A stretch of DNA of 63,687 nucleotides, the filler included, from Octopus bimaculoides (Eukaryota), in assembly GCF_001194135.2 (NCBI RefSeq). It is 6 parts of 5 records of this genome, joined end to end, with 100 filler letters (N's around TTAATTAATTAA, not from the genome) between each part and the next. Parts side by side here need not be neighbours in the genome. Positions count along the whole stretch, not along the records: positions 22,345 to 53,421 come from NC_068982.1; 5 more parts are not named here. One strand, 5' to 3'. A program made the position numbers and the translations under genes. Positions 26,698 to 38,034 of the stretch are shown here, piece after piece. How positions within the stretch are numbered: position 1 is the first letter of the stretch; each line of letters starts with the position of its first letter. The notes below the pieces were generated by a model. That model did not search any database. It saw only the letters and a list, made by a program, of their open reading frames with translations, and was not told where the DNA came from.

Positions 26698-28199
26698 TTA
26701 ATAAAGTCTTTACAATGGATCACGTTATAGCTCTTATTTGAATTGATATGCACACAAAATTGTATGATTATCAACCTTTCATATGAGAATTTTGCTACGT
26801 TGATAACAGGTACAATATTTTTATCAAATTTTTGGTAGAGATCTATAAATACAAATATATATATAAATAAAATGGGATTTAAAAAATCCTGGCAGATACC
26901 AATTAAGCACTCAGTATAAAAAAATATGGTTAAATTTTCAACTGTCAGATGCCAGTAAATGTAAGTAGTGTACAAATCCCAGGTAAATCCTTACGCATGA
27001 CAGATAAATCCAACAATTCTTTTGTAAAATTTTAAAGTTTGGTCACTATGATTTTCTTTGTACATATTATTTGTTGCTTTATACATACACACACACACAC
27101 ACATACACACACACACACACACATATACACATACACACACAAACACATGGACATATATGCACTCACACACATAGACATATAAACATATATACTTGCAGTC
27201 TGTAACCCCACACTTCATCACACTATCATTCATCACTTCATCACACTATCATTCATCACTTCATCATTTCATATCTGCTCTATTATTCTACTTCTGTAAG
27301 TCATGAAAGCACACCCTGCTATTAAATACAATACCACAATGCTATTAGTACTATTAGTCATCACAACTCCTTTGTACTGTTCCAATTGGCATCCATTTTC
27401 ATTCTTATCATTCCTACTCATATTTACCACTCCACTTCATTCCTTGTATTCACCATTCATTGTATTCTCTGACCTCTTCTACCCAGTTTTTATATTTACT
27501 TCACTTTCCTCCTACACTCTCACAACCTTACCTACTTTCCTTAATTCTTCTGCATCCCTGCTCTCTTCTATACATTTCTTGGACATCTTACTATGAGGGT
27601 ATGTTCTCACACCTCATCATCACCATATTTACCTCAGCTTGAGCCCAACCACAGTCTCTTTATGCACCCATGTGAAATGTGAGGTAGCTATGAATCTCCT
27701 CCATAAATAGTAAACCTGTTCCTGCCCCATTCCCATTATACATTAATTTCTGAACACCATACTTAGAGTGACCACGTTATCGCCTATCTTCCCTCTCAGG
27801 GATTTCTCCAATCTTGCAAGCTAGAAGGTGAACTCACTAATGTTTGTTGTATTTTGGATTGTTATCATGGATGGGTTTGTTGTCTATATGGACAGCAGTG
27901 CTTAGATACCATGTAGAACAGCAGGCCTAAGGTGGTGCGTTTGAATTGTTGGCTGCCAGAGGCTTGACAGCTATAAAATTGTTCATTCTTCCTGTTGATG
28001 GATAATGCAGGTTGATGTAGGATGTGTGTTCTCTTGGGGAGGTAAAGTTGGAAATTGCAAGATCCAGGTGAGTACAGAAGGGGCCCCACGTACATACATA
28101 TTAATAATAAGGTTAAAATCTTTCAATGATGTTTAAAAATAAGATTAAAAAGTATGAAAATAAAATCAAGTAATTTTTAAGATTGAAAAAATGCCCTAC

Positions 28200-28534
28200 T
28201 CTTCAGGCATCAAGAAAGAGAGAGAGAGAGAGAGAGTAACATGTCATATTTCTTTGGAAGACATCACATATGTGATTAGCATGAACATCAAAGAGAAAAA
28301 AGATAACTATGGCCAACTGCTTCAAAAACTCCAGCTTCTATATCCAGATTACAAATTTACATTTATAACAGCAATAAAAGGAAACTTGGTTTTGTAAGTA
28401 AATGCCTAACTGTCAACCTGGATAAGCTTGGATTTTCAGTAAAAGAAATTAGCCAACTGACTCCCACATTACAAATACAATCTGTAAGTGGAATAGTAAA
28501 GCTATGCAAGACTTTTCTCAGATTTAAAACGTGA
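28200..28534 (+). mobile_element. R4/Dong-like LINE C-terminus (restriction-like endonuclease)
   Basis: KEKKDNYGQLLQKLQLLYPDYKFTF...CLTVNLDKLGFSVKEISQL...GIVKLCKTFLRFKT*. Confidence 0.8.
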
Positions 28535-28599
28535 CACTATTTTAGTTACCTATATTTCAATGATGGAGCTTTGTATCTATGTCAGAAACCATCTCCTTC

Positions 28600-29630
28600 A
28601 GAGGAAGAATTTAAATGATTAAAAACAGAAGAGAAACATGAATGCACTGCACAGATTGATTGTTTTATCATTGATAAAATACAGTGTTGCAGAGATATAT
28701 TTTAAGGGGACAGCCTCCCTGTTATGCTGTTCATACTTTCAGCAAACCCCTTGTCATTCATGTTGAGGAAGTCTGAGGGGTATTTCACTGGTTCACAAGG
28801 AAATAGATATACTAAAAGTACACGCTGCTTCTTTGTCGATAACTTGAAACTGTATGCCATGTGTACCATATGCATGAGATGAAAAAGAGCCTTGAACTGG
28901 TTAGGACATTCTCAAAGGATATAGGGTTGGAGTTTGGTCAGGATATGTGTTGCTGTATGGTTGTGAAAAGTGGGAAAACTGTAAACCATACTAGCATAAC
29001 CTCCATCAAATGATTTAACTGTTTCTCCTATATCTGATGAGGAATGTTACAGGTACCTAGGAGTAGATGAAAACATATCTTACAATGGTACCTGTAACAA
29101 GACAAGTCACTAAAGAATATTTTCGCTGGATAAGGAAATTATGGACCTTGGAACTCTTTGCATTCAATAAAACCATGGCCCACAATATGTTTGCAGTACC
29201 AGATTTGGGCTACATGATTGGATGTTTGATGAGATCTGAGTCATTGATGTGAAAACGTGGAAGATACTGACCAACACAAATAGTTTTCACATCAACAGCG
29301 ATGTAGACCACCTCTACCTGAAATAAAAACAAGGAGGCAGAGGTTTTACATTGATCCAGATTGCCTTTGAATATCATATCATATCCCTTTGGCAACATCT
29401 TTTAACCACAAAATGTTGAAGTACATCCCTTGACCAAGTTTGCATACACAAGGCAAATAACATCATGTGACTCAGAAAGTAGCTCCTCAAGCAACATTCC
29501 TTGCCTGATAACCTTGAAAACATGTCCAAAGAAGTCACACAACTCTAAGGCAACATGTCATCAGATGAAAAGATGAGCATATTTCAGTAGAAGACCATGC
29601 ATGAGTATGTTAGCAGAAAGCTCCAGTAAT
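28600..29630 (+). mobile_element. R4/Dong-like LINE reverse-transcriptase fragment (degenerate)
   Basis: IF*GDSLPVMLFILSANPLSFML, FFVDNLKLYA (decayed FxDD), LVRTFSKDIGLEFG, YRYLGVDE, SFHINSDVDHLYLK. Confidence 0.85.
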
Positions 29631-30104
29631 AATTTCTCTCTTAGAGTTGAGCACCATTTAAGTACAATGCCAGCCAAATAGCACAAACAATTTAATTTCC
29701 TGTACTGTTCATTTCCACTCTTACTCACAACCTCTTTTTTTTCAGAAAAATTACGTAAGTTGTTTGAGTTTTTTCTTTATTATGATTTGCATATGTACAT
29801 GTGCAATTTTTTTTGTTTTTTCTTTTTCTTTTTTCTGAGTAATTCTGAGGAAATATGAATATTTACTGATAGGAATGGATGAGGCGCATAAAAGCTGAAA
29901 TGCTTAAAGCCAATAATAGGCCCATTCGGTAAGTGTTAAAATTTATTTTTTGTTTGTGTTTTATTTTCTAATTTTCACTTTTTAATTCATTCATTCATAA
30001 TTAAATTTGTGGAATATTGGTTGGAGTTGATTGGAGAACGGAGCTTTAGACTTTACTGTATTTCAGTGGCATGTGGTGGCTTTTGAGGTGAGTCATGCAA
30101 TAAA

Positions 30105-30300
30105 TATGAGTATCAGCTGAAAAGTTTATAGGCTGATCAATACACTCTCATGGAATATGACCAAATGAGATTTATTTTTCAACATAGTCCCCACTAGCAG
30201 TCCACACATTTCTTCCATCGGTGTTACAGTACCTGGATCCCATTGGTGAAGAAGCTTTCACCCTGTTGAGAAAAAAATCACTAACAACAGATATGACATG
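30105..30300 (-). mobile_element. mariner (DD34D-type) 3' end with terminal inverted repeat
   Basis: Minus frame gives GIQVL*HRWKKCVD..DYVEK*, followed by a TIR-like end (TATGAGTATCAGCTGAAAAGTTTATAGGCTGA). Confidence 0.75.
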
Positions 30301-30990
30301 ATCATCACTGCTTCAGGATTTTCAATGATGCCTTCAAAAAGGCTGATTATGAAATTATAATTTTCTTTTGTAGCAAGTGCAAGATGTGAGAAATAATTCC
30401 ATCTTGTTCCTGTAGCTTTGGGAAATCTTTTTTAACTATGTTATCTATTGCATTAACCCTTTTAGGTGATTTCGTAAAAAATGTACCCAGTTCATTTATT
30501 GTAGAAAAAAATATCTTCCATTCTTTTAAAGCAGAGCATGCTTGTGAAAGAACTAAATTTAGGACATGAGCACAACAATTAACAAAGATCGCACATTTAT
30601 ATCTCTCTCTTACCATGGAGTGCAACCCATTTAATTGTCCTGCCATTGTAGAAGCACCATCATAAGTTTGTGCAATTTAATTTGTTTCCACACTTCCATG
30701 TTTCAATGCATTTAAAAAGATTTTCAGATGAAGCATTTGCTGAATGATCGTTAAAACTGATAAATCATTCTTTAATAACACAATCTTTTGTAACATAATG
30801 TTAAACAATTAACAGTTGAGAATAGTTCGACACATCGGATGTTTCATCTACAGAAATAGCTATGAATTTAGCCTGCTTCAGTTCATTTTGTATTTCATCC
30901 AACATAACTTTCTGAAATGCATTGACCAAGTCATTTTGAATTCTGTTTGAGAGACTTGAGAAAAAAAAGCTGTATCAAGATGGCTTGCCA
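30300..30990 (-). mobile_element. hAT (ZMYM1-like) transposase relic, central part
   Basis: LASHLDT..SNRIQNDL..EIQNELKQAKFIAISVDETSDVSNYSQL and MAGQLNGL..AIFVNCCAHVLNLVLSQ..FFTKSPKR. Confidence 0.88.
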
Positions 30991-31850
30991 GGACACATAA
31001 GAGGTGCAGCAATATCAAAGGAAGGCTAACTGGGAAGATAGTTTTTGTGTGTGGCAATTGCTCAGGGGCAATAAACACTGAAAATGTGCAGAAAACAGAT
31101 CCCGTCACATTCCAGGGGAAAAAAACTACAAGTAGTTGATAGCTTCCGTTACCTAGGAGACCAAGTCAGTAGTGGGGCTGGTTGCTCTGAAAGTGTAGCT
31201 GCTAGAATAAGAATAGCCTGGGCAAAGTCCAGAGAGCTCCTACCTCTGCTGGTGAGAAAGGGCCTCTCGCTCAGAGTAAAAGGTAGACTGTATGATGCAG
31301 GTGTATGAACAGCCATGCTACATGGCAGTGAAACGGGCCGTGACTGCTGAGGACATGCATAAGCTTGCAAGGAATGATGCTAGTACGCTCCGCTGGATAT
31401 GTAATGTCAGTGTGCATACACAACAGTGTAAGTGCCCTGAGAGAAATGTTGGACATAAGAAGATGTGTGAAAGAGAGATGACCGCACTGGTATGGCCATG
31501 TGTTACATATGGATGAGGACAGCTGTGTGAAAATGTGTCACACCCTAGCAATAGAGGGAACTTGTGGAAGAGGTAGACCCAGGAAGACCTGAGATGAGGT
31601 AGTGAAGCACAACCTTCAGATGTTGGGCCTCATCAAGGCAATGACAAGTGACTGAAACCTTTGGAGATATACTGTGCTTGAGAAGACTCGGCAAGCCAAG
31701 TGAGACTGTAACCATGGCCTATGCCAGTGCAGCATAACCAGCCCATTTAAGAGTACCCTTCAATCATTGGGGAATAAACTGCACTTGAGAAGTCCTGTTG
31801 AAGCAAGTGAAGTCATTGTTGTGGCTGATGACAATGATGATGATGATGAT
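30990..31850 (+). mobile_element. RTE-clade LINE 3' fragment (half PHD-like finger, RT thumb, 3' UTR, GAT tail) nested in the hAT
   Basis: THKRCSNIKGRL..FVCGNC, VVDSFRYLGD, RIRIAWAK.RELLPLL, WYGHVLHM, GRGRPRKT; ends in (GAT)n. Confidence 0.92.
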
Positions 31851-32330
31851 TTGCTGATTAAATATAAGTGTTCTTTATAATTTCCATGATTATTTAGATT
31901 CTTTAGATTCAAACTGACCCCAAAACGACAATTCCTGGTGACTGAGAAAAATTGATTAATCACTGCAGAATGACTCTGTTTTGTTTAACTTTATATGCTC
32001 TATTTTTTTATAAGCATCCAATTGCAAGTCTATCCAAACATTCCCAAATGTTTTAAGATCTATCAAAGATTGTATATGTCTTTGAGAACATTCATGTTTT
32101 ACCATGGCCATATGTAGATTATTTAAATTATCGTAACCTTTATCATTCCAAACCGTTTTTTCTAAACTGAATAACAAACATGGCCAGCAGAATAACTTAT
32201 TTAGCTTAACATTTCCAGTTAACCATTTTTCTTTTCAGTCTGAAATTGTCAAATTTCTTGTTGGAACCTTGCAAATTAGGTTATTCAATTGACTATATCA
32301 GTTGTTTAAAACAATTACCTTTCTATATGG
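31849..32330 (-). mobile_element. hAT transposase relic, N-terminal TTF-type zinc-finger part
   Basis: KLFCWPCLLFSLEKTVWNDKGYDNLNNL..KHECSQRH..and GNYKEHLYLISK, which joins to LASHLDT across the RTE insertion. Confidence 0.82.
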
Positions 32331-33242
32331 TTAGTTCACATTTATTTTTTCCACTTTATGGAAGTCTATATTTTCTCTGTTGAGAAAATCTATATTTTCT
32401 CTGTGCTTTCTAGAAGAAAAGCCCTCACATAACTGAGATACGATGTCAGTCCAAAATTTCAAATGTTCATAGTCCTTTGGTGGCAGAGGTACCGTGTGGC
32501 CTTTTACTGGAGATATATGGATCACCATACCTTATATCAGGATTTCAGTAGTTCCACAGTTGAGGAAGCTGTTTAATACTAAACATAATGTTTATAGTAA
32601 AAAAATTTACATTCCCGCAGTTGACTGCCATAGTGGATTGGGTCTTCCATGAACAGAGATTATGTATTGAGCATTTGTTTCCTCTGCAACAGTTTCAAAA
32701 AAACTTTTTGGTAAAAATAAAAATAGATACTCCAATGGTTGAGCATTGGGAGGTAGACAGTGTTGTGGACTAATCTTTTCTGAGAAATCAGGAATTGTGG
32801 TTGAACCATGTGGTTCAACCATGTTGCTGTAACATTTCCAATATCATTTTCATCACTTTCATTATCAAAATCTTCCTCATCCGACGAAGATTCACAGATG
32901 TCAATATGATCCATCCGAAGACAAATCACTGTATTTTCATTTATATTTTGTGCATCATTAAGAGTAAAACCTTCAAAGTTGGAATCATTACTTGCTGATG
33001 TCATATTGCTAAAAACTAAGATATACACTTCTTTTCAAACATTGAAAAAACCAAGAAGTCTAAAAGATTTCATCATATTTTTACTTGAATAAAGGCGGGA
33101 AAGGCTTTATCTCACATTATCTCAAAGCTACAAGAATTCAATATTGCGATTTGTTTATTTTCTTAGCAATTTCATAGAGAAATCAGATACGGCCAGATTT
33201 GACCAGGTCAAAGGGGGAACAATTTTTGGCCAGTTAAAAGGG
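32331..33242 (-). mobile_element. piggyBac (PGBD4-like) internally deleted element with intact 5' TTAA terminus
   Basis: TTAA at 33243-33246 abuts the CCCTTT terminus. Acidic N-terminus, PLEYLFLFLP.SFFETVAEETN, KQLPQLWNY..GDPYISS, then a jump to HLKFWTDIVSQLCEGFSSRK; the catalytic domain is missing. Confidence 0.82.
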
Positions 33243-36200
33243 TTAAAGAGTGGTGAAATTAAAGTCAGAACTGAGAGGGATGCAATTAGATATATATAAT
33301 ACATGTAGTTGGGTGTAGTATTTTATTTTACTATCTTATTTCTTTATTAATAGTGAAATGTCTCAAAAGGTACCTAAGTAACAGAAACTATTAAAATAGG
33401 TATCATGCTGAATTTTTGAAAATATTTAAATCCAACGTCTTCTGTACTTTTTCTTGGAGAACATCCAAAAAGTAACATTTTGATACCTCATTTCTGAAAT
33501 TTGACTGAATATTTTAGGAAATATGATAATTTGAATGGTCAGTGAATTGGTTGAAATTTTGCCTAATTAGGCTTAAATGAAACTGAGGTGATAATCATCT
33601 TCAAATTATACACTGACCATGGTATAGTAGTTGCCTTTGTTTTTTAGGTTCTTGAAAATGAAACTTTTTTTGGCCACTTTTTAAATATCTAGGAAAGCCT
33701 ATCTTGTTGCATGTAACAAACAGTCGATTTTGCAACACAATCATAAGCTTTTCATGTTTTCAGACCTAGCTGAATCCCAAAGTACAAGCCACAGGGAGTT
33801 GAGTCATGGCACGTTTGTTGTATGTATAGAACTAAATAATTTTTAAAATTTTGGGACATGATACCATTTCAGCAAAATTTTAATGGCAGAGTTTGGGATT
33901 AGGACATCCGCATAAGTTGGATTTTCTCTATTTCGACTGGGATTTTTCTAATTTTTTTTCACCAAGCCCTTGGAAATGATTGGTGGGGGAAAGCTTTTTC
34001 TTATAAGAAAAATTTTGGAAAATTTTTTTTTTACACCTCCTCCCCTACCCACTCCAGACTGATTTGGGCCTTATTTTTGTGTGCGTGTGCTACACACTTC
34101 AAAATGGTGAAAGAAGCGTTTTCATAAAAAAAAAAAATTTGAGAACATTTTCAGATGGAATTTAAGTGTGATTTAAAGGAGATTTAGTTGCTGCTTCTAG
34201 CACATACCATGACCACTTAATACCATCCTTGTTTTTCTCCCCTCCACCAGCACCAAGCAAGTGTGTGTGTGTGTGTGTAAAAATAAACAGAAAAGTATGC
34301 TATTAAAAATATTTTCTGAAAATTTATGATTTTTTTCAGTCCACCCCTTTTCATTTCTGTTTATAATTTTAAAATATTTTATAATTTTAAAATATTAGAG
34401 AGCCTGAGAAGGTCATTGCTAGTATTTATCTACAGTGATTTTAAAAAAAAGGTATGTAAAAGATAATTTATTTTAATAGCATACTTTTCTGTTAATAAAT
34501 ATGATTTTTCTTACACACACACACACACACACTCACTTGGTGCAGGGGTGGGGTTTAAAAATTTAAATTACAAATTTGTTTTTGTTTAAATCCCATCAAT
34601 GAACCACACTTGGGCTCAACAAAATCCATGCATTATCATTCCATAAAATGTGTTTATGGGGAGAAAAAATATTGAAAAACATCAAGACATAACATTTACA
34701 TATCATGCCAGATCCGCTCAATCATCATCGTATTTCTACCTATTCACAACATTGTCCCGCTTTTGATTTTGACTGCAAAATGGTAGCGCTTATTCTAGTT
34801 CAATGTGCTGAAGAACTATAACTCAATTTATGTTGAAAATGATAGTCATGAAAAAGACTTTTTTTGCTTTATTTTGATATATAAACTGAGTGGGGTAGGT
34901 TAGCTTATCGTTATGAAATATAAAAATACAAATTTATTTTGACCTCACTCTCACATTAAAACAGCAAAAGGAAATAAATGACATTCTCAATACAATGATT
35001 CCATGCTAATTTGGGGCTCAATTCAGTGCATTTTTTTCATAGAAAAAATGCACTGAATGCACTTACCAATTTGTTCATCCATTTCTTGAAATGCTGGCTC
35101 AAACTCAGTATTTGAAGCCTTAGATTTTCATTCCATTTCAGCTCTTACCACGTGGGAATATGCCATTTTGACAAGTAGCATTAGTAGTATTCCCTTTTTA
35201 TTGACTTTGTGCTTTGGCAATGACTACATTGAATTTGCAAGAATTCTTGATAAAATCTTTAAGAAAATATGTTCTCTACTAAGTGAAAAGTAACAATAAA
35301 ATGTTCACTTTTATATTCAATAATGATTATTTGACTTACCCCCACTGATTTTTATTACAAAATAAAGTTTGAAAATGTCCTCTTCATGACCATATCATTT
35401 TCAACACAGATCAAGTTATAGTGTTCCAGTGCATTGAAGCACTACTGTTCAGCAGCCAAAACAAAAGCAGGACAAACATTGTGAATAGGTGAAAATATGA
35501 TGGTGAATGAGGGGACCTAGCATGGTATGAAAGCGTTGGATTGTGATCAAAAGTATATGAGAAGAAAATTCACTTTCAAAACTTTCAAATGATATGTAAT
35601 TTTCCACAGAAAAAATGTATTTTGACATGAAAATGATCAAGCAAAAAGTGTGATTTTGTATGGTCAAATTATGCTTGTTGCTCCTTCTACAGAGTGCTAC
35701 AGTGATACCTAATTAAACGTTTTTGCAATAATTGATTTTGTTCCTTTTTAGCATTCTTTATTCAGATCTTCACAGCTAAACCTTGAAGGTCAATAAATTT
35801 ATTCATGCATGCATCAGGTGTGAATTCAATTGAAATATGCCAGTTTTCTCTTGCAGAGACAGAAAAGGAAGTGTGCCAATTTTGTATTTCTTTTACAATG
35901 GAATGAAATTAACTTCTTGATTCCATTTGTATTTTTATTGTAGATGTTAGATACTATTTTAGCTTTCATCGAACCAGTTACAATATATTATTAGTAATTA
36001 TTGTTTTGGTCCTGGAAGGCAAAATTGAAATGCTGGATTTAAGTATGGAAACAGATCACAAAGTAACTACTTTACTCTGATGTGCCACTACTTCTTGAAC
36101 AATACAATTTTATCCATTTGTTACCTGCTTGAGTAAGCAGAGGAATAGTTTTTTTCTTTAATTAACAATCTATTTAAAGTTTTAATTACTATTTGATAAG

Positions 36201-36644
36201 CTGTTTTTCTTTTCATTGTTATGTATTACCTAGAACTAATCAGGGTTTTCTCTAAGCCCATTCACAATTCAGTTTCAGATTTATACCATAATAAAGAAAT
36301 TTTAAAATCCTCAATCATCACTAACACTACTACCCTTTATTTTATTTTGATTTTCAGCTGTTTAACTACTTGTGCATCTCTAGTGAGCAACAGTATTCAT
36401 TATTTCATTCATTTTATGTATTCATTAAGTATTGTTTAATTATACACGGATATCTTTCTAACTTTCAGTTATTCTACTATAAAGTGAGACTGAAATTATT
36501 TTTTTTGATTGATAGACATAAGTTAGTCCAAAGTTACTTTTCACAAAGAGATAATAAATACAAATAGTGAGGGTTTTTTTCACCCAACTTACAATGTATA
36601 ATTGTGAATCATAAAGACACCTTAATTTGTTTTGTTTTATTTAG

Positions 36645-36784
36645 ATCTTTACCTGAAGGTTCTTCTGCTGAAAGAGTAGATTTTCCTCTTGCCAATATTA
36701 ACAGTATTGAAGAAGCTATCTATGATGACATTAGTATTGAAGAAGTTATTCAAACTATTCCTGATCAATTCAAGATTTCATGTG
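36645..36784 (+). CDS. Candidate coding exon, unknown protein
   Basis: Pyrimidine tract plus AG, open frame SLPEGSSAERVDFPLANINSIEEAIYDDISIEEVIQTIPDQFKISC, GTATGA donor; the composition is non-repetitive. Confidence 0.45.
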
Positions 36785-37368
36785 GTATGAATTCATCTTT
36801 TTCAACATTTAAGTGTTAGTAAGAGGCTCATGTATTTCATAATTTTACATTTTTTGAATGGATTATTAATAGAGTAGTAATGATTGTGCACTGTGCAAAT
36901 ACTTTTCCAACTTTATCAAATGAGCTTGTTCCTTAATAGCTATTGCAATTTCTTCAGTTGCTTTTTTACTAAATTATTTCAGCATTGTTCAGGCCTTAGA
37001 TACCCTTCATTTCAATTTAGGTGAAGAAGGTTTTTTTGTTCAGAAGGGGATTGCTAGCAAGTGTTCTTTGCGAATTCCAGCACCATGACAGATGATTTTC
37101 ATCTGCTGCAATCTATGTGTGAACTTTTATGCACCAAGCACCTACATGAGAGAATCACTCAAGGCTAACGATGCAGTGTTTGGTGCTCTAACAAGGTATT
37201 CATATTAATATGAATATAAAGATAAGCTTTTAGTATTAATACTGTTTCTGTCACTATTAATAATTTTTTAATAAGCCTGCTGGCTATTTGTGACTTCAGT
37301 GTCTGAAAAGATGCCAATGTTCTATATACCATAACAGCAAGATTTGACTGGCATGTGGTGACTGGCAC

Positions 37369-37414
37369 TTCCCACTGATGAGGTCCAGTAGACTGAAATC
37401 ATGCAATATGGGAA
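37369..37414 (+). ncRNA. Minimal type I hammerhead ribozyme (Penelope-type)
   Basis: TTCCCA, CTGATGA, GGTC/CAGTA/GACT, GAAA, TCATGCAA, TA, TGGGAA. Stem I is a perfect 6 bp and the core is exact. Confidence 0.82.
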
Positions 37415-37535
37415 TTCTGCCTTCTGATGATCAATAATATTAATATTCATTGGCATGAGAGAAACTACAGCAAAGTGATTTAGACATTAAAATACATATT
37501 CACGAATCTTCTAGCAATATATATACATATATATT

Positions 37536-38034
37536 GAGTCAAGTACATCAACATCAGCAGTATCAAAATCAAATCAAATGGAAATTGTAGTTGTGAGCCC
37601 CATGCCAGTAGCACATAAAAAGCACCATCCAAACGTGGCCGATGCCGAGTCAAGTACATCAACATCAGCAATATCAAAATCAAATCAAATGGAAATTGTA
37701 GTTGTGAGCCCCATGCCAGTAGCATGTAAAAAGCACCATCCAAATGTGGCCAATGCCAGTGCCGCCATGACTGGCTTCCATGCTGGTGGCATGTAAAAAG
37801 CACCATCTGATTGTGGTCGATGCCAGCTCCTCTGGCCCCTTGTGCAGGCGGCACGTAAAAAGTACCCACTACACTCTCGGAGTGGTTGGCGTTAGGAAGG
37901 GAATCCAGCTGTAGAAACACTGCCAGATTAGATTTGGGCCTGGTGCAGCCTCCTGGCTTCTCAGATCCCACTTGAACCATCCAACCCATGCCAGCATGGA
38001 AAAAAGATGTTAAACAATGATGATGATGATGATA
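37536..38034 (+). mobile_element. RTE-type 3' UTR/tail repeat (family C) with a 111-bp tandem duplication
   Basis: Two 111-bp units (37536-37757), then AAAGTACCCACTACACTCTCGGAGTGGTTGGCGTTAGGAAGGG...CCAACCCATGCCAGCATGG and a (GAT)n tail. Confidence 0.85.

Larger units (their letters stand above)
26125..26747. mobile_element. Palindromic element: two inverted 279-bp arms (Penelope pLTR-like) with 65-bp spacer
   Basis: 26125-26403 is the reverse complement of 26469-26747 with scattered substitutions; each arm contains a hammerhead. Confidence 0.92.

Noticed and set aside
29034-34840. Other CTGANGA hits (about 29034, 31346, 31826, 34808)
   Set aside because: They fall within TE coding frames or tails and lack the required stems or GAAA.
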